This document shows, in pieces, positions 40,017 to 49,783 of a stretch of 64,000 bases of DNA. How positions within the stretch are numbered: the stretch's first letter is position 1; the number at the start of each line of letters is the position of its first letter. A program made the translations under genes and the position numbers. The DNA is from Aerococcus sp. (GTDB lineage Bacteria > Bacillota > Bacilli > Lactobacillales > Aerococcaceae): the NCBI GenBank assembly GCA_030528155.1, contig JAUMZL010000006.1, positions 2,907-66,906 of the forward strand, in the 5' to 3' direction. A model generated the notes under the pieces. It had not been told where the DNA came from and did no database searches. It saw nothing but the letters and a program-made list of their open reading frames with translations.

Positions 40017-40100
40017 GTGGAAATTTCACTCAAGAAGACCCGATCACTAGGACGTGGTCTTCTTTTTCTTTAAGGTCACGTATTTCCTATTAAAAATGGA

Positions 40101-40170
40101 TGAAAGCGGTTATACTGGAAAGTGTAAATGAAAATGTTTTCAGTTTTTACTGTTTTTGAAAACGGATTCA
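40101..40170. promoter_or_regulatory. Three cre/operator-like 14-mers at a 28-bp period
   Basis: TGAAAGCGGTTATA (40101), TGAAAATGTTTTCA (40129), TGAAAACGGATTCA (40157). Confidence 0.55.
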
Positions 40171-40235
40171 CAACGTAAACTGATCTTATAGTAACGATCG
40201 GTCACTGCAGAAGCCGTTTTAGAATGGAGTGACCC

Positions 40236-41066
40236 ATGGATGTCATAGCAAGCATTGAAGCAAACTATGCGCTACTGTCCAAAACCGAACAGCATTTAGC
40301 GCTATACGTGATTGAGAAGGGGAGTGAGCTGGCAGACAGCAGGATTGAAGAGTTGGCTTCGGCAACGCAAATTAGTTCAGCGACAATTTCGCGCTTTGTC
40401 CGTAAATTGCAATTTAAGAATTATGAGCATTTCAAACTCGCCTTGGCCAAAGAACCTAAACCGGTGCATCCACTGCTTGGTGGTAATTCCTCACCAGTGA
40501 TCAGTGAATCGATTCAAGTCTTCAATACCTATCAGGCAGTGATTCATAAGGCACAAACCTCATTGGATAAGAAGATGATTCAGCGCTTGTTGGATGGAAT
40601 TCAATCAGCCGAGCGAATTTTTATTTATGGAATGGGAAGTTCCGGTCTCACGGCGATTGAGTTTTCACAACGTCTGATGCGTATGGGCTTGACAACCTTT
40701 GCGGCTCAGGATGATCACATGATGACGATCTACAATCACATTCTCCACCGTGAAGATTTGGTGATTGGGATTTCGTCGGAAGGGGAGACAGTTGAGGTGA
40801 ATCAATCGCTCAAAATGGCGAAGAAGAATGGCGCTAAGACTGCAGCGATTACCTGCAACGCTTCAGGGCGGATTGTCCAGATTGTCGATTGTCCACTGAT
40901 TACCGGTATGCGGTTGCCGATTACGGAATTTATTAATTCCCAATTTCCGCTAATGTACATGATTGATGTGCTCTGTACGTTATTGCTGGAGGACAAATGT
41001 TACCGCTGGAATATCGAACGCACAATTTCAGCGATCTATGCGATTAAAACCAATTATGATGATTAA
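40236..41066 (+). CDS. nanR: RpiR-family regulator of the nan cluster
   Basis: HTH SSATISRFVRKL..NYEHFK plus SIS domain (IYGMGSSG, IGISSEGET); heads the nan genes. Confidence 0.8.
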   Translation: MDVIASIEANYALLSKTEQHLALYVIEKGSELADSRIEELASATQISSATISRFVRKLQFKNYEHFKLALAKEPKPVHPLLGGNSSPVISESIQVFNTYQAVIHKAQTSLDKKMIQRLLDGIQSAERIFIYGMGSSGLTAIEFSQRLMRMGLTTFAAQDDHMMTIYNHILHREDLVIGISSEGETVEVNQSLKMAKKNGAKTAAITCNASGRIVQIVDCPLITGMRLPITEFINSQFPLMYMIDVLCTLLLEDKCYRWNIERTISAIYAIKTNYDD

Positions 41067-41087
41067 GAGCTTAAGGAGGCTACTACA

Positions 41088-42002
41088 ATGACACAATTAG
41101 ACAAATTTACGGGTGTAATTCCTGCTTTTTATGCCGCTTACGATGATGAAGGCCAGGTAGACACAGAACGCATCAAGAAGGAAGTCCAATACTTCATCGA
41201 CAAAGGAGTCAAGGGCATTTACGTTAACGGGTCATCCGGAGAATGTATTTACCTGACCGTCCCTGAACGCAAAGCCATCATTGAAGCCGTTATGTCGGTA
41301 GCTAAAGGCAAGATTACCGTCATTAACCATGTGGCAGCTAACAGTACTATGGAGAGCCAAGCGTTAGCTAAACATGCAGAAGAACAAGGCGTAGATGCGA
41401 TTGCAGCTATTCCACCGATTTATTTCAAATTACCCCCATACTCTGTGGCTAACTACTGGAATTCTATCTCCAAAGCAGCACCTAATACGCCGTTTGTGAT
41501 CTACAACATTCCGCAATTAGCAGGCACCGCACTGACCATTCCGCTCTACGAAGAGATGTTGAAGAATCCTAACGTCATTGGGGTAAAGAACTCCTCCATG
41601 CCAATTCAAGACATTCAAATGTTTGCGACTGCTGGTGGAGATGACCATATTGTCTTCAACGGTTCAGACGAACAATTTATCGGTGGGCGTGTGATCGGCG
41701 CCAAAGCAGGTATTGGTGGGACATACGGTGTAATGACCAAATTATTCTTGAAATTGAATGATTTAGTCGAAGCACAGGACATGGTTTCTGCTTTAGCATT
41801 GCAGAATGCCATTGACGCTGTCATCTACAAGATGGTCTCAGGGCGTGCGAACATGTATGCCATCATCAAAGAAATTCTGCGTATCAATGAAGGTCTAGAC
41901 CTCGGTTCTGTACGTGAACCGCTCGAACCGCTCGGCCAGGATCGTCCTATCGCTGAAGAAGCCGCGAAGATGATCAAAGAGGCCGAAGCGAAATTCTTAT
42001 AA
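41088..42002 (+). CDS. nanA: N-acetylneuraminate lyase
   Basis: YVNGSSGECIY, IPPIYF, YNIPQLAG, Schiff-base Lys in GVKNSSMP, IGGTYG. Confidence 0.93.
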   Translation: MTQLDKFTGVIPAFYAAYDDEGQVDTERIKKEVQYFIDKGVKGIYVNGSSGECIYLTVPERKAIIEAVMSVAKGKITVINHVAANSTMESQALAKHAEEQGVDAIAAIPPIYFKLPPYSVANYWNSISKAAPNTPFVIYNIPQLAGTALTIPLYEEMLKNPNVIGVKNSSMPIQDIQMFATAGGDDHIVFNGSDEQFIGGRVIGAKAGIGGTYGVMTKLFLKLNDLVEAQDMVSALALQNAIDAVIYKMVSGRANMYAIIKEILRINEGLDLGSVREPLEPLGQDRPIAEEAAKMIKEAEAKFL

Positions 42003-42022
42003 TCACAAATGAGGTGGAAAAG

Positions 42023-42751
42023 ATGGCACTTTTAATTAATACGGCGGTTTTCCTCACAGAGTTACAGGCAGGCCAACGTCAGAGTGAATTACTGCTGCGT
42101 CTCCATGATTTTCCTATTTCTGGGGTGCAGGTACGCGGTGAATTCATGGGGGAAGATCCCGCTGATGAATTAGAAAAACTAACCGTCTATTGTCAAGAGC
42201 AGGGATGGGAACTGCATTACTCCGTGCCAGAAGCGCTCTTCATTGATGGTGAGGTTAATCCTCATTTAGGAGATTATCTCCAAATGGCTAAGACGTATCA
42301 GTTAGCAAGTTTGAAATTTAGCTTGGGTTTAACTACCCCGGAAGCCATTGCTTCTGCTCGGGAACAAATCAAAGCGAGCGAGGTTGTTGTCACGGTTGAA
42401 AACGAAGGCAATGATCATGGAACGGAAGCTAATTTACAAGAGGTATTGCCCCAGATTACAGAAGGGCAACAGATTGGTTTTACCTTTGATGCGGGAAATT
42501 GGTACTGGGTATCGAAGAATTATAATGTCCCAGCACTCTTCAAGCATTTAAAACCTTATGTGACGGTACTCCATTTGAAGAATATTGATGTTTCAGCATT
42601 GGAAACGACGCTGTTGGCAGAGGGAGATACCGATTGGCAAGCCCTTGTTTCTCAAAATAACGCAGAAGTGCCGATCTTTTTGGAATACGCCATTCCCCAA
42701 GATCAACTCGCTGCTGAAATTCAATTAGTTACGGACGCTATGTCTGCTTAA
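42023..42751 (+). CDS. Xylose-isomerase-like TIM-barrel protein (sugar phosphate isomerase/epimerase family), function unknown
   Basis: Metal-ligand pattern VENE, FDAGNW, LHLKN, FLEY; GAGGTGG RBS supports ATG 42023. Confidence 0.7.
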   Translation: MALLINTAVFLTELQAGQRQSELLLRLHDFPISGVQVRGEFMGEDPADELEKLTVYCQEQGWELHYSVPEALFIDGEVNPHLGDYLQMAKTYQLASLKFSLGLTTPEAIASAREQIKASEVVVTVENEGNDHGTEANLQEVLPQITEGQQIGFTFDAGNWYWVSKNYNVPALFKHLKPYVTVLHLKNIDVSALETTLLAEGDTDWQALVSQNNAEVPIFLEYAIPQDQLAAEIQLVTDAMSA

Positions 42752-42763
42752 TGAAATGATATG

Positions 42764-42818
42764 AGAGGGGCATGTCGCGATAATAAGAGGATGGCTAAGC
42801 CACGCATGTCCCTCTTTT
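42764..42818 (+). terminator. Intra-cluster terminator-like hairpin
   Basis: AGAGGGGCATG/CATGTCCCTCT followed by TTT. Confidence 0.55.
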
Positions 42819-42861
42819 ACTATGTCACCATGAAATTAATCAAGAAAGAAGTGAAAGAATC

Positions 42862-44367
42862 ATGAATAAAGTCGGTTTTGGTTTTGTGAATGCTGCCGTC
42901 GTTGTTGTATATTTACTATTCATGCTCGGTGTCGGCAGTAGCTTTATGAAGAAAGCCTCAAAAAGTGCCGATGCCTTCTTCCGCGCTGAAGGGAAATTAC
43001 CGGGCTGGGCAGTCGGGATGAGTATTTTTGCGACCACGCTGAGTTCAATTACCTTCATGTCAATTCCGGAAAAATCCTTCACGACTGACTGGGCGTTTGC
43101 GATCGGTTCGCTCTGTATTATCCCTATTATTCCTATCTTGATGGCTTATTACGTGCCGTTCTTCCGTAAGCTGAATGTCACAACGGCTTACCAATATCTT
43201 GAAGAACGGTTCAATCCGCTGATTCGAACATTGAGTAGTTTGTTATTTATGATTTACCATTTGGGACGGATTGCGGTTGTTATTTATTTACCTGTTTTAG
43301 CAGTTGCTTCTGTGACGACGATTAACCCTGTCTTGATTGCGATCGGTGTTGGGATTATCTGCATTGTCTACACCTTCCTCGGTGGAATGGAGGGGGTTGT
43401 TTGGAGCGATGTGATCCAAGGTTTTGTTCTCCTCGGTGGGGCGCTTTTGATCATTATTGTTGGGGTCACCCAAATTGATGGTGGTTTAGGTACCGTGGTG
43501 AATGATATCGCGGTGGAAAATAAATTCCTATCAGCAGCTAACTTCAATATTCACGATCTTGCTCGCTTTGCACCATTGATTTTCTTTGGGCAATTCTTCA
43601 ACTCGTTGTACCAATACACCGGCTCACAGGACGTGGTGCAACGTTACTCCTCTACTGGCTCGATGAGAGAAACCAAGCAATCGTTGTGGATCACCGGGGG
43701 CCTGGGGTTATTGACCATTCCTCTGTTCTTTGGGATGGGGAGCATTCTCTACAGCTTCTACAAGAATAATGGAGGGTTACCTGCGGACTTCAACACGAGT
43801 GCCTTAGTTCCTTACTTTGTTTTGCGGCAATTGCCAGCTGGGATCGGTGGGTTAGTGATCGCCGGGATCTTTGCGGCGGCACAATCGACCATCTCCAGCA
43901 GTTTGAACTCAATGTCGGCGTGCTTTGTGGTTGACTTTAAACAACGCTTCTTCAATGATAAATTCAAAAATGTTTCAGATGTAGCGATCGCACGTTGGGT
44001 GATTGTTGTTGCTGGGATCTTGGGAACCATGATTACGATCTACTTCACCGCCGGCAACACGTCTCAAACCTGGGAAATCTTCCTGACGGTTAGTGGGTTA
44101 TTCGGGGTGCCAATTGCGGGGATTTTTGCACTGGGAATCTTCACCGAACGCGCCAATGGAAAGGGTGTGCTCGTTGGGTTCATTCTGAGCGTTTTGTTGG
44201 CATTGTGGGCAAACTACATCCATATCTCCTCCATGTTGGTGGCTACCATTGCCTTCATTGCTTCCTTCGTCTTTGGTTACGTAGCGAGTTATTTCTTCCC
44301 GAACGACAAGAAGAACATTGTCGGTTTGACCTACTCCACGCGTAACGAAGAATACAAACGCCAATAG
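42862..44367 (+). CDS. siaT: Sodium:solute symporter, SiaT-type sialic acid transporter
   Basis: GMSIFATTLSSITFM, TAYQYLEERF, YTFLGGMEGVVWSDVIQ, QDVVQRY, AAAQSTISSSLNS; inside the nan cluster. Confidence 0.85.
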   Translation: MNKVGFGFVNAAVVVVYLLFMLGVGSSFMKKASKSADAFFRAEGKLPGWAVGMSIFATTLSSITFMSIPEKSFTTDWAFAIGSLCIIPIIPILMAYYVPFFRKLNVTTAYQYLEERFNPLIRTLSSLLFMIYHLGRIAVVIYLPVLAVASVTTINPVLIAIGVGIICIVYTFLGGMEGVVWSDVIQGFVLLGGALLIIIVGVTQIDGGLGTVVNDIAVENKFLSAANFNIHDLARFAPLIFFGQFFNSLYQYTGSQDVVQRYSSTGSMRETKQSLWITGGLGLLTIPLFFGMGSILYSFYKNNGGLPADFNTSALVPYFVLRQLPAGIGGLVIAGIFAAAQSTISSSLNSMSACFVVDFKQRFFNDKFKNVSDVAIARWVIVVAGILGTMITIYFTAGNTSQTWEIFLTVSGLFGVPIAGIFALGIFTERANGKGVLVGFILSVLLALWANYIHISSMLVATIAFIASFVFGYVASYFFPNDKKNIVGLTYSTRNEEYKRQ

Positions 44368-44382
44368 TGGGGAGCGAACAGG

Positions 44383-45273
44383 ATGCAAGTTTTAGTCATC
44401 GATATTGGCGGAACGGCGATCAAATACAATCTATTTGATGCCAAAGGAACGCCGATTGAAACTACTCATGAAGAACCCACTCAAATTGATTTCATTAAAG
44501 GCACCAATCATATTTTGGACCAAGTATTAACAATCACAGCTCATTATGCCCCAGTGATCGAAGGAGTGGCGATTTCTAGCGCCGGAGTGGTGGACGCTCA
44601 AAAAGGCGAAATTGCCTACGCAGGCCCAACAATTCCTGCCTACCAGGGAACGGCCTTCAAGCAAGCAATCCAGGACGCCTTCCAACTGCCGGCGAGTGTC
44701 GAAAATGATGTCTCCTGTGCGGCACTGGGAGAGGTGTGGCGCGGGGCGGCTAAGGATCAAACGAGCGCGGTCTGCCTCACACTCGGCACCGGCATCGGCG
44801 GGGCAGTAGTGTTAAATGGCGAAATCTGGCACGGGTACGCCCATACTGCCGGCGAGGTGGGGTATCTGCCAATCAATGGTCATGCCTGGCAAGAAATCGC
44901 CTCGACAACCGCGCTCTGCCAGCGCTATAGTGAACGTGCCAAAGTCGCGCAGGTGGTTGATGGGCGCTATATTTTAGCCCAGTATGATGCTGGGGAGGTC
45001 TTAGCCAAGCAGGTATTAGAAGAGACCATGTTAGATTTCAGCTTGGGGTTAGCAAGTATTTGTTACCTCATCAATCCTGAACGTATCATCGTTGGGGGTG
45101 GCATTATGGCACGGTCTGATGTCTTATTACCCATGATCAAAACGAGCCTCAGTGAGGTGATTCAGGGTGAGATTTTTCTCCCCAAAGACATTGTGGCTTC
45201 TCCACTCGGCAATGATGCCAATCAATATGGGGCACTGTACCACTTCTTAAAAGAAATAGTAGTACAGCCCTAA
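44383..45273 (+). CDS. nanK: ROK-family kinase, N-acetylmannosamine kinase
   Basis: IDIGGT, ENDVSCAALGE, TLGTGIGG, AGEVG; nan context. Confidence 0.82.
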   Translation: MQVLVIDIGGTAIKYNLFDAKGTPIETTHEEPTQIDFIKGTNHILDQVLTITAHYAPVIEGVAISSAGVVDAQKGEIAYAGPTIPAYQGTAFKQAIQDAFQLPASVENDVSCAALGEVWRGAAKDQTSAVCLTLGTGIGGAVVLNGEIWHGYAHTAGEVGYLPINGHAWQEIASTTALCQRYSERAKVAQVVDGRYILAQYDAGEVLAKQVLEETMLDFSLGLASICYLINPERIIVGGGIMARSDVLLPMIKTSLSEVIQGEIFLPKDIVASPLGNDANQYGALYHFLKEIVVQP

Positions 45274-45291
45274 CAGAAGGAAGGATGAATT

Positions 45292-45993
45292 ATGGAACGT
45301 GACACATTTTTAACAGCCATCAAAGGGGGATTGATTATCTCCTGCCAGGCATTGCCCGGGGAACCGATGTATACCGAACAGGGAGGCGTCATGCCCCTGT
45401 TTGCCAAAGCTGCCAAAGAAGCAGGGGCGGTAGGATTAAGAGCTAACTCTGTGCGTGATATTTTGGAAATTCGTGAACAGGTTGATCTGCCAATGATCGG
45501 TATTATCAAGCGGGATTATCCACCAACGGATGTTTACATTACCGCAACCATGAAAGAAGTGGATGAGTTGGTTGAAACCGGCGTGGAAGTGATCGCTTTG
45601 GATTGCACCCTGCGCGAACGTCCAGATCATCAATCCGTTAACGACTTTATTCATCAAATCAAGGAAAAATATCCCGATCAGTTACTGATGGCGGATATTG
45701 CCACCTATGAAGAAGGCGTTAATGCCTATCAAGCGGGGGTCGATTTCGTGGGCACAACGATGAATGGTTATACCAAGGAGAGTCAAGCCCACCCAGTAAC
45801 TACCGAAGTATTGGTGAAAAAATTTGTCGCTGACCAGATTCCTGTGATTGCCGAAGGAGGCATTCACACCCCAGAACGATTACGGCAAATCCAAGATCTC
45901 GGTGCGGATGGCTTAGTGGTTGGCGGTGCGATTACGCGGCCAAAAGAAATTGCTGAGCGCTTTATCCGTGCTTTAGCGCCCAAAGACGCTTAG
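45292..45993 (+). CDS. nanE: N-acetylmannosamine-6-phosphate 2-epimerase
   Basis: [40 protein letters not shown]. Confidence 0.96.
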   Translation: MERDTFLTAIKGGLIISCQALPGEPMYTEQGGVMPLFAKAAKEAGAVGLRANSVRDILEIREQVDLPMIGIIKRDYPPTDVYITATMKEVDELVETGVEVIALDCTLRERPDHQSVNDFIHQIKEKYPDQLLMADIATYEEGVNAYQAGVDFVGTTMNGYTKESQAHPVTTEVLVKKFVADQIPVIAEGGIHTPERLRQIQDLGADGLVVGGAITRPKEIAERFIRALAPKDA

Positions 45994-46007
45994 AAAGCGG
46001 AAGGACC

Positions 46008-47510
46008 ATGTTTAAGAAGTTTTCACAACTAGGGCGGGCGTTTATGCTGCCGATCGCCATTCTACCGGTAGCAGGGCTACTGTTAGGACTGGGCGGCGCC
46101 TTGACCAATGAAAGCGCAGTGGCTGCCTATCCCTTCCTCAACCAGCCATGGCTACAGACGATCCTCAGCGTGATGAGTTTCGCCGGAAATGCTGTGTTCA
46201 CTAACTTAGCATTGATCTTTGCGATTGGAGTAGCAGTTGGGCTTGCCAAGGGGGACAAGGGAACCGCGGGATTAGCCGGTGGTGTGGCTTTTCTGGTCTT
46301 CACCGCTACAATTAGTGGATTATTAGAGCGCTTTTCTGCGCCTAATGCTACGATCGATACCGGTGTCATTGGATCGATTGTTATCGGTAGCATGGTGGCG
46401 TTTCTGCACAATCGCTACCGCAAAATCGAATTGCCGCCTTTTCTCGGTTTCTTCGGCGGATCGCGTTTTATCCCCATTGTGACATCGCTTGTGGCGATCG
46501 TCATTGGGAGTGTGTTCTATCTGATTTGGCCACCGATTCAGAATGGATTAGTGGTTGTTGGCCAGCATATTGCGCAGATGGGGAGCATTGGCACGTTCTT
46601 CTACGGTTTCCTGTTGCGTTTGACTGGTGCAGTAGGGCTGCATCACACGATTTATCCGATGTTTTGGTATACGTCGCTCGGTGGAGTAGAAAGCGTCGCC
46701 GGAAAGAGTGTCGCTGGGGCACAGAATATTTTCTTTGCTCAGTTGGCTGATCCCCATCATACCGGACTCTTCACTTATGGGACGCGTTTCTTTGCTGGTC
46801 GATTTGCGACCATGATGTTTGGTTTGCCAGCGAGCTGTTTGGCGATGTATCATTCCATCCCAAAAGCTCATCGTAAGCAAAATGGCGGATTGTATTTCAG
46901 TGGCGCCTTGACGTCATTTTTGACAGGGATTACGGAACCGATTGAATACATGTTTCTCTTTGTTGCTCCCTGGTTGTATGTGGTGCACGCGTTCTTGGAT
47001 GGACTGTCCTTCTACTTTGCCGACATCTTGAATATCCGAATCGGAAATTCTTTTTCAGGTGGGTTGATTGACTACCTGCTCTTCGGTGTTTTGCAGGGAA
47101 ATGACCAGACCAACTGGGTGCGCGTGCTTCCGTTTGGGCTTATTTGGGCGGTTGTTTACTACCTCGTCTTTCGCTTTGCGATTCAACATTTCCACGTGGC
47201 AATTCCAGGTATGGTGGCGGATGATGAGCAATCAGTAGAAACTCCGTCAGTCGCTACAAGTTCATTACAGAGTGAAGCCAACCAGCTGATTCAAGCATTG
47301 GGTGGTGCTGCTAATATTGAGCAAGTAATGGCCTGTGCTACGCGTTTACGTGTGAGTGTGAAGGACTCCAATCAGGTACAGCAAGCGACCTTAAAAAAAT
47401 TAGGGGCAACGGCCGTTCTTTCGGTTGAAGGTGGCATCCAGGCCATTTTCGGTGGAAAATCGGACCTGTACAGCCAGGAAATCAATCAATTGCTCGGTCG
47501 CGATGATTAA
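46008..47510 (+). CDS. PTS EIICB, glucose/GlcNAc family (ManNAc candidate)
   Basis: GRAFMLPIAILPVAGLLLG, GITEPIEY, EIIB ACATRLR phospho-Cys; directly after nanE. Confidence 0.85.
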   Translation: MFKKFSQLGRAFMLPIAILPVAGLLLGLGGALTNESAVAAYPFLNQPWLQTILSVMSFAGNAVFTNLALIFAIGVAVGLAKGDKGTAGLAGGVAFLVFTATISGLLERFSAPNATIDTGVIGSIVIGSMVAFLHNRYRKIELPPFLGFFGGSRFIPIVTSLVAIVIGSVFYLIWPPIQNGLVVVGQHIAQMGSIGTFFYGFLLRLTGAVGLHHTIYPMFWYTSLGGVESVAGKSVAGAQNIFFAQLADPHHTGLFTYGTRFFAGRFATMMFGLPASCLAMYHSIPKAHRKQNGGLYFSGALTSFLTGITEPIEYMFLFVAPWLYVVHAFLDGLSFYFADILNIRIGNSFSGGLIDYLLFGVLQGNDQTNWVRVLPFGLIWAVVYYLVFRFAIQHFHVAIPGMVADDEQSVETPSVATSSLQSEANQLIQALGGAANIEQVMACATRLRVSVKDSNQVQQATLKKLGATAVLSVEGGIQAIFGGKSDLYSQEINQLLGRDD

Positions 47511-47528
47511 TCATATGAATGATTTAGT

Positions 47529-47566
47529 AGCGGAGCCACGCTTTTAAACGCAGGGCTCCGCTTTTT
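47529..47566 (+). terminator. End of the nan cluster
   Basis: AGCGGAGCC/GGCTCCGCT followed by a T-run. Confidence 0.8.
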
Positions 47567-47716
47567 ATGTGAAAATAACAAGAAGTCAAGCACTGCAAAA
47601 AATTAAGTGTTTTAGGTGAAAAATGTTTCAAAAGAGATATTGTAAAAGGGCTTTCACTGTGCTAGATTGATAGTGTTAACGGCACGTGGTATTGATAAAC
47701 CAATGAGGTGGAAATC

Positions 47717-48748
47717 ATGGCAATTGTTGACGACTATATCAAGACGATGCCCAAAGCGGAATTACATTGTCATTTAGATGGCTCCATCCCGCTAGCGACC
47801 TTGAAGCAATTGGCGCGAGAGATGGGGATGGACGAGCAGGTAATGGATCAGGCCGTGGCAGCCGAGCGTTGTTCGAGTTTGAAGGATTATCTCCAATCCT
47901 TTGAGGTGATCTTGTCCGTTCTACAGACAGAAGAACAACTCGAACGGGCGACAGCAGCTACCATCGCTGAGGTGAGTAAGGAAAACGTGCGCTATATTGA
48001 GCTACGGTTTGCCCCGCTGTTACATACGAATCAGGGCCTAACGCCTAGTGAAGTCATTGAGGCGGTGCGGCGCGGTATCGCACGTGCGGTTGAAGTGACA
48101 CCGGTTTTTGTTAATCTCATTCTCTGCCAGATGCGCCACATGGATCAAGCGACCCAACTGAAATTGATTGCTGATCTCTCTCCTTATACCTGGGATAATG
48201 TGGTAGCTTTTGATTTTGCAGGAGACGAACCGGACAACAGCAACGATGAAGTGGTCGCATTGGCCTGCCAAAATGCTGGATATGCGTTGACCATGCACGC
48301 TGGCGAGTGCGGCTGTGCCCATAATATCCTCGCTGCCATCAAACTTGGAGCGAGTCGTATTGGGCATGGCGTAGCAGTGAAATCATCCAGTGAAGTGGTG
48401 CAACTGGCTAAGGATAAGCAGGTACATTTTGAGGTCTGCCCGACCAGTAACTATCAAACCGGAGCCTTGCCATCCATTGCGGCATCACATTTGAAGTTGT
48501 TAATGGATAAGGGCATTTCCTGCAGTGTGAATACTGACAACCGCACCGTATCTAATACCACTTTGAGCGCTGAATTTGAAAAAGTCACCCACGCTTTTGA
48601 TTTCACGATTGCTGATATTTACCACTTATCGACTCAAGCGGTTGTCTTTGCTTTTGCGACACAGCCGATCAAGCAGCAACTATTAGAAGAGATGCATGCG
48701 CACTATCAACAGTTCGTTTGCCCCTCGAAAACAGAAAAAAAGGAGTAA
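47717..48748 (+). CDS. add: Adenosine deaminase
   Basis: PKAELHCHLDGS, YIELRFAP, HAGE, RIGHG, EVCPTSN, VNTDN. Confidence 0.92.
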   Translation: MAIVDDYIKTMPKAELHCHLDGSIPLATLKQLAREMGMDEQVMDQAVAAERCSSLKDYLQSFEVILSVLQTEEQLERATAATIAEVSKENVRYIELRFAPLLHTNQGLTPSEVIEAVRRGIARAVEVTPVFVNLILCQMRHMDQATQLKLIADLSPYTWDNVVAFDFAGDEPDNSNDEVVALACQNAGYALTMHAGECGCAHNILAAIKLGASRIGHGVAVKSSSEVVQLAKDKQVHFEVCPTSNYQTGALPSIAASHLKLLMDKGISCSVNTDNRTVSNTTLSAEFEKVTHAFDFTIADIYHLSTQAVVFAFATQPIKQQLLEEMHAHYQQFVCPSKTEKKE

Positions 48749-48753
48749 TTACC

Positions 48754-49566
48754 ATGTACGAAGAAACCATCCAGTATCTCAAGGAAAAAGGCATGACCCA
48801 ACCCACAATCGGTTTGATTCTTGGCTCGGGCCTCGGTGCCTTAGCGGATGAAATTGAAGAGGCCATCACGATTCCTTATGCTGAAATTCCTGATTTTCCA
48901 GTCTCTACCGTTAAGGGGCATGCCGGTAGCTTGGTTTATGGGCAATTAGCCGGGCAAACGGTGTTAGCATTGAACGGTCGTTTCCACTATTACGAAGGGT
49001 ATGATCTCAAAACGGTGACCTATCCGGTACGCATCATGAAGGAATTAGGTGTGAAAACGGTGGTCGTTACCAATGCAGCCGGTGGGATCAATGAAACCTT
49101 TGAACCGGGGGACCTGATGATTATTACGGACTACATTAACTTCTCCGGGCCCAACCCATTGATTGGTCCAAATATTGATGCTCATGGTCCACGCTTTGTT
49201 GATATGACAGAAGCTTATAGTGAACGTGGGGCGCAAGCTTTGCGGGATATTGCCAAAGAAGAAGGCTACGCCATCAAAGAGGGCGTGTACTGCTGGATGA
49301 GCGGCCCAACGTACGAATCCAAAGCTGAGATTCGGGCCTTGCGCGTACTGGGCGGGGATGCAGTCGGTATGTCAACCGTTCCTGAAACTATCGTCGCTAA
49401 ACACTGCGGCATGGAAGTTGTTGGGATTTCCTGCATCACTAACTTAGCAGCGGGAATGCAAGCGGAACTCAATCATGAAGAAGTGATGGAAACGAGTGCA
49501 CGCGTCAATGAACGGTTCAAGACCTTAGTGAAGAAATATCTCGCACGTTACACGGTTAACCAGTAG
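48754..49566 (+). CDS. punA: Purine nucleoside phosphorylase (trimeric type)
   Basis: LILGSGLG, GRFHYYEG, VTNAAGG, GPTYESKAE, VGMSTVPE. Confidence 0.94.
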   Translation: MYEETIQYLKEKGMTQPTIGLILGSGLGALADEIEEAITIPYAEIPDFPVSTVKGHAGSLVYGQLAGQTVLALNGRFHYYEGYDLKTVTYPVRIMKELGVKTVVVTNAAGGINETFEPGDLMIITDYINFSGPNPLIGPNIDAHGPRFVDMTEAYSERGAQALRDIAKEEGYAIKEGVYCWMSGPTYESKAEIRALRVLGGDAVGMSTVPETIVAKHCGMEVVGISCITNLAAGMQAELNHEEVMETSARVNERFKTLVKKYLARYTVNQ

Positions 49567-49783
49567 CCACAAGCGCTTGCTTAGCGCGTGACAAATAACC
49601 AAGAGATGGATTAAAAAGGCAGGGAGCTCCCTGTCTTTTTTGGGTTGGTATGGATTTAGAGAGGTGTTTGAAGCCGATGACTATAGATCCATGTTATAAT
49701 GGGGGAGCAGACGATCATTTTCACCGGATCACAGCGAAACAGACGCCATACAAGCCATGGTAAGCTGGGAAAGGGAGTGCGTA

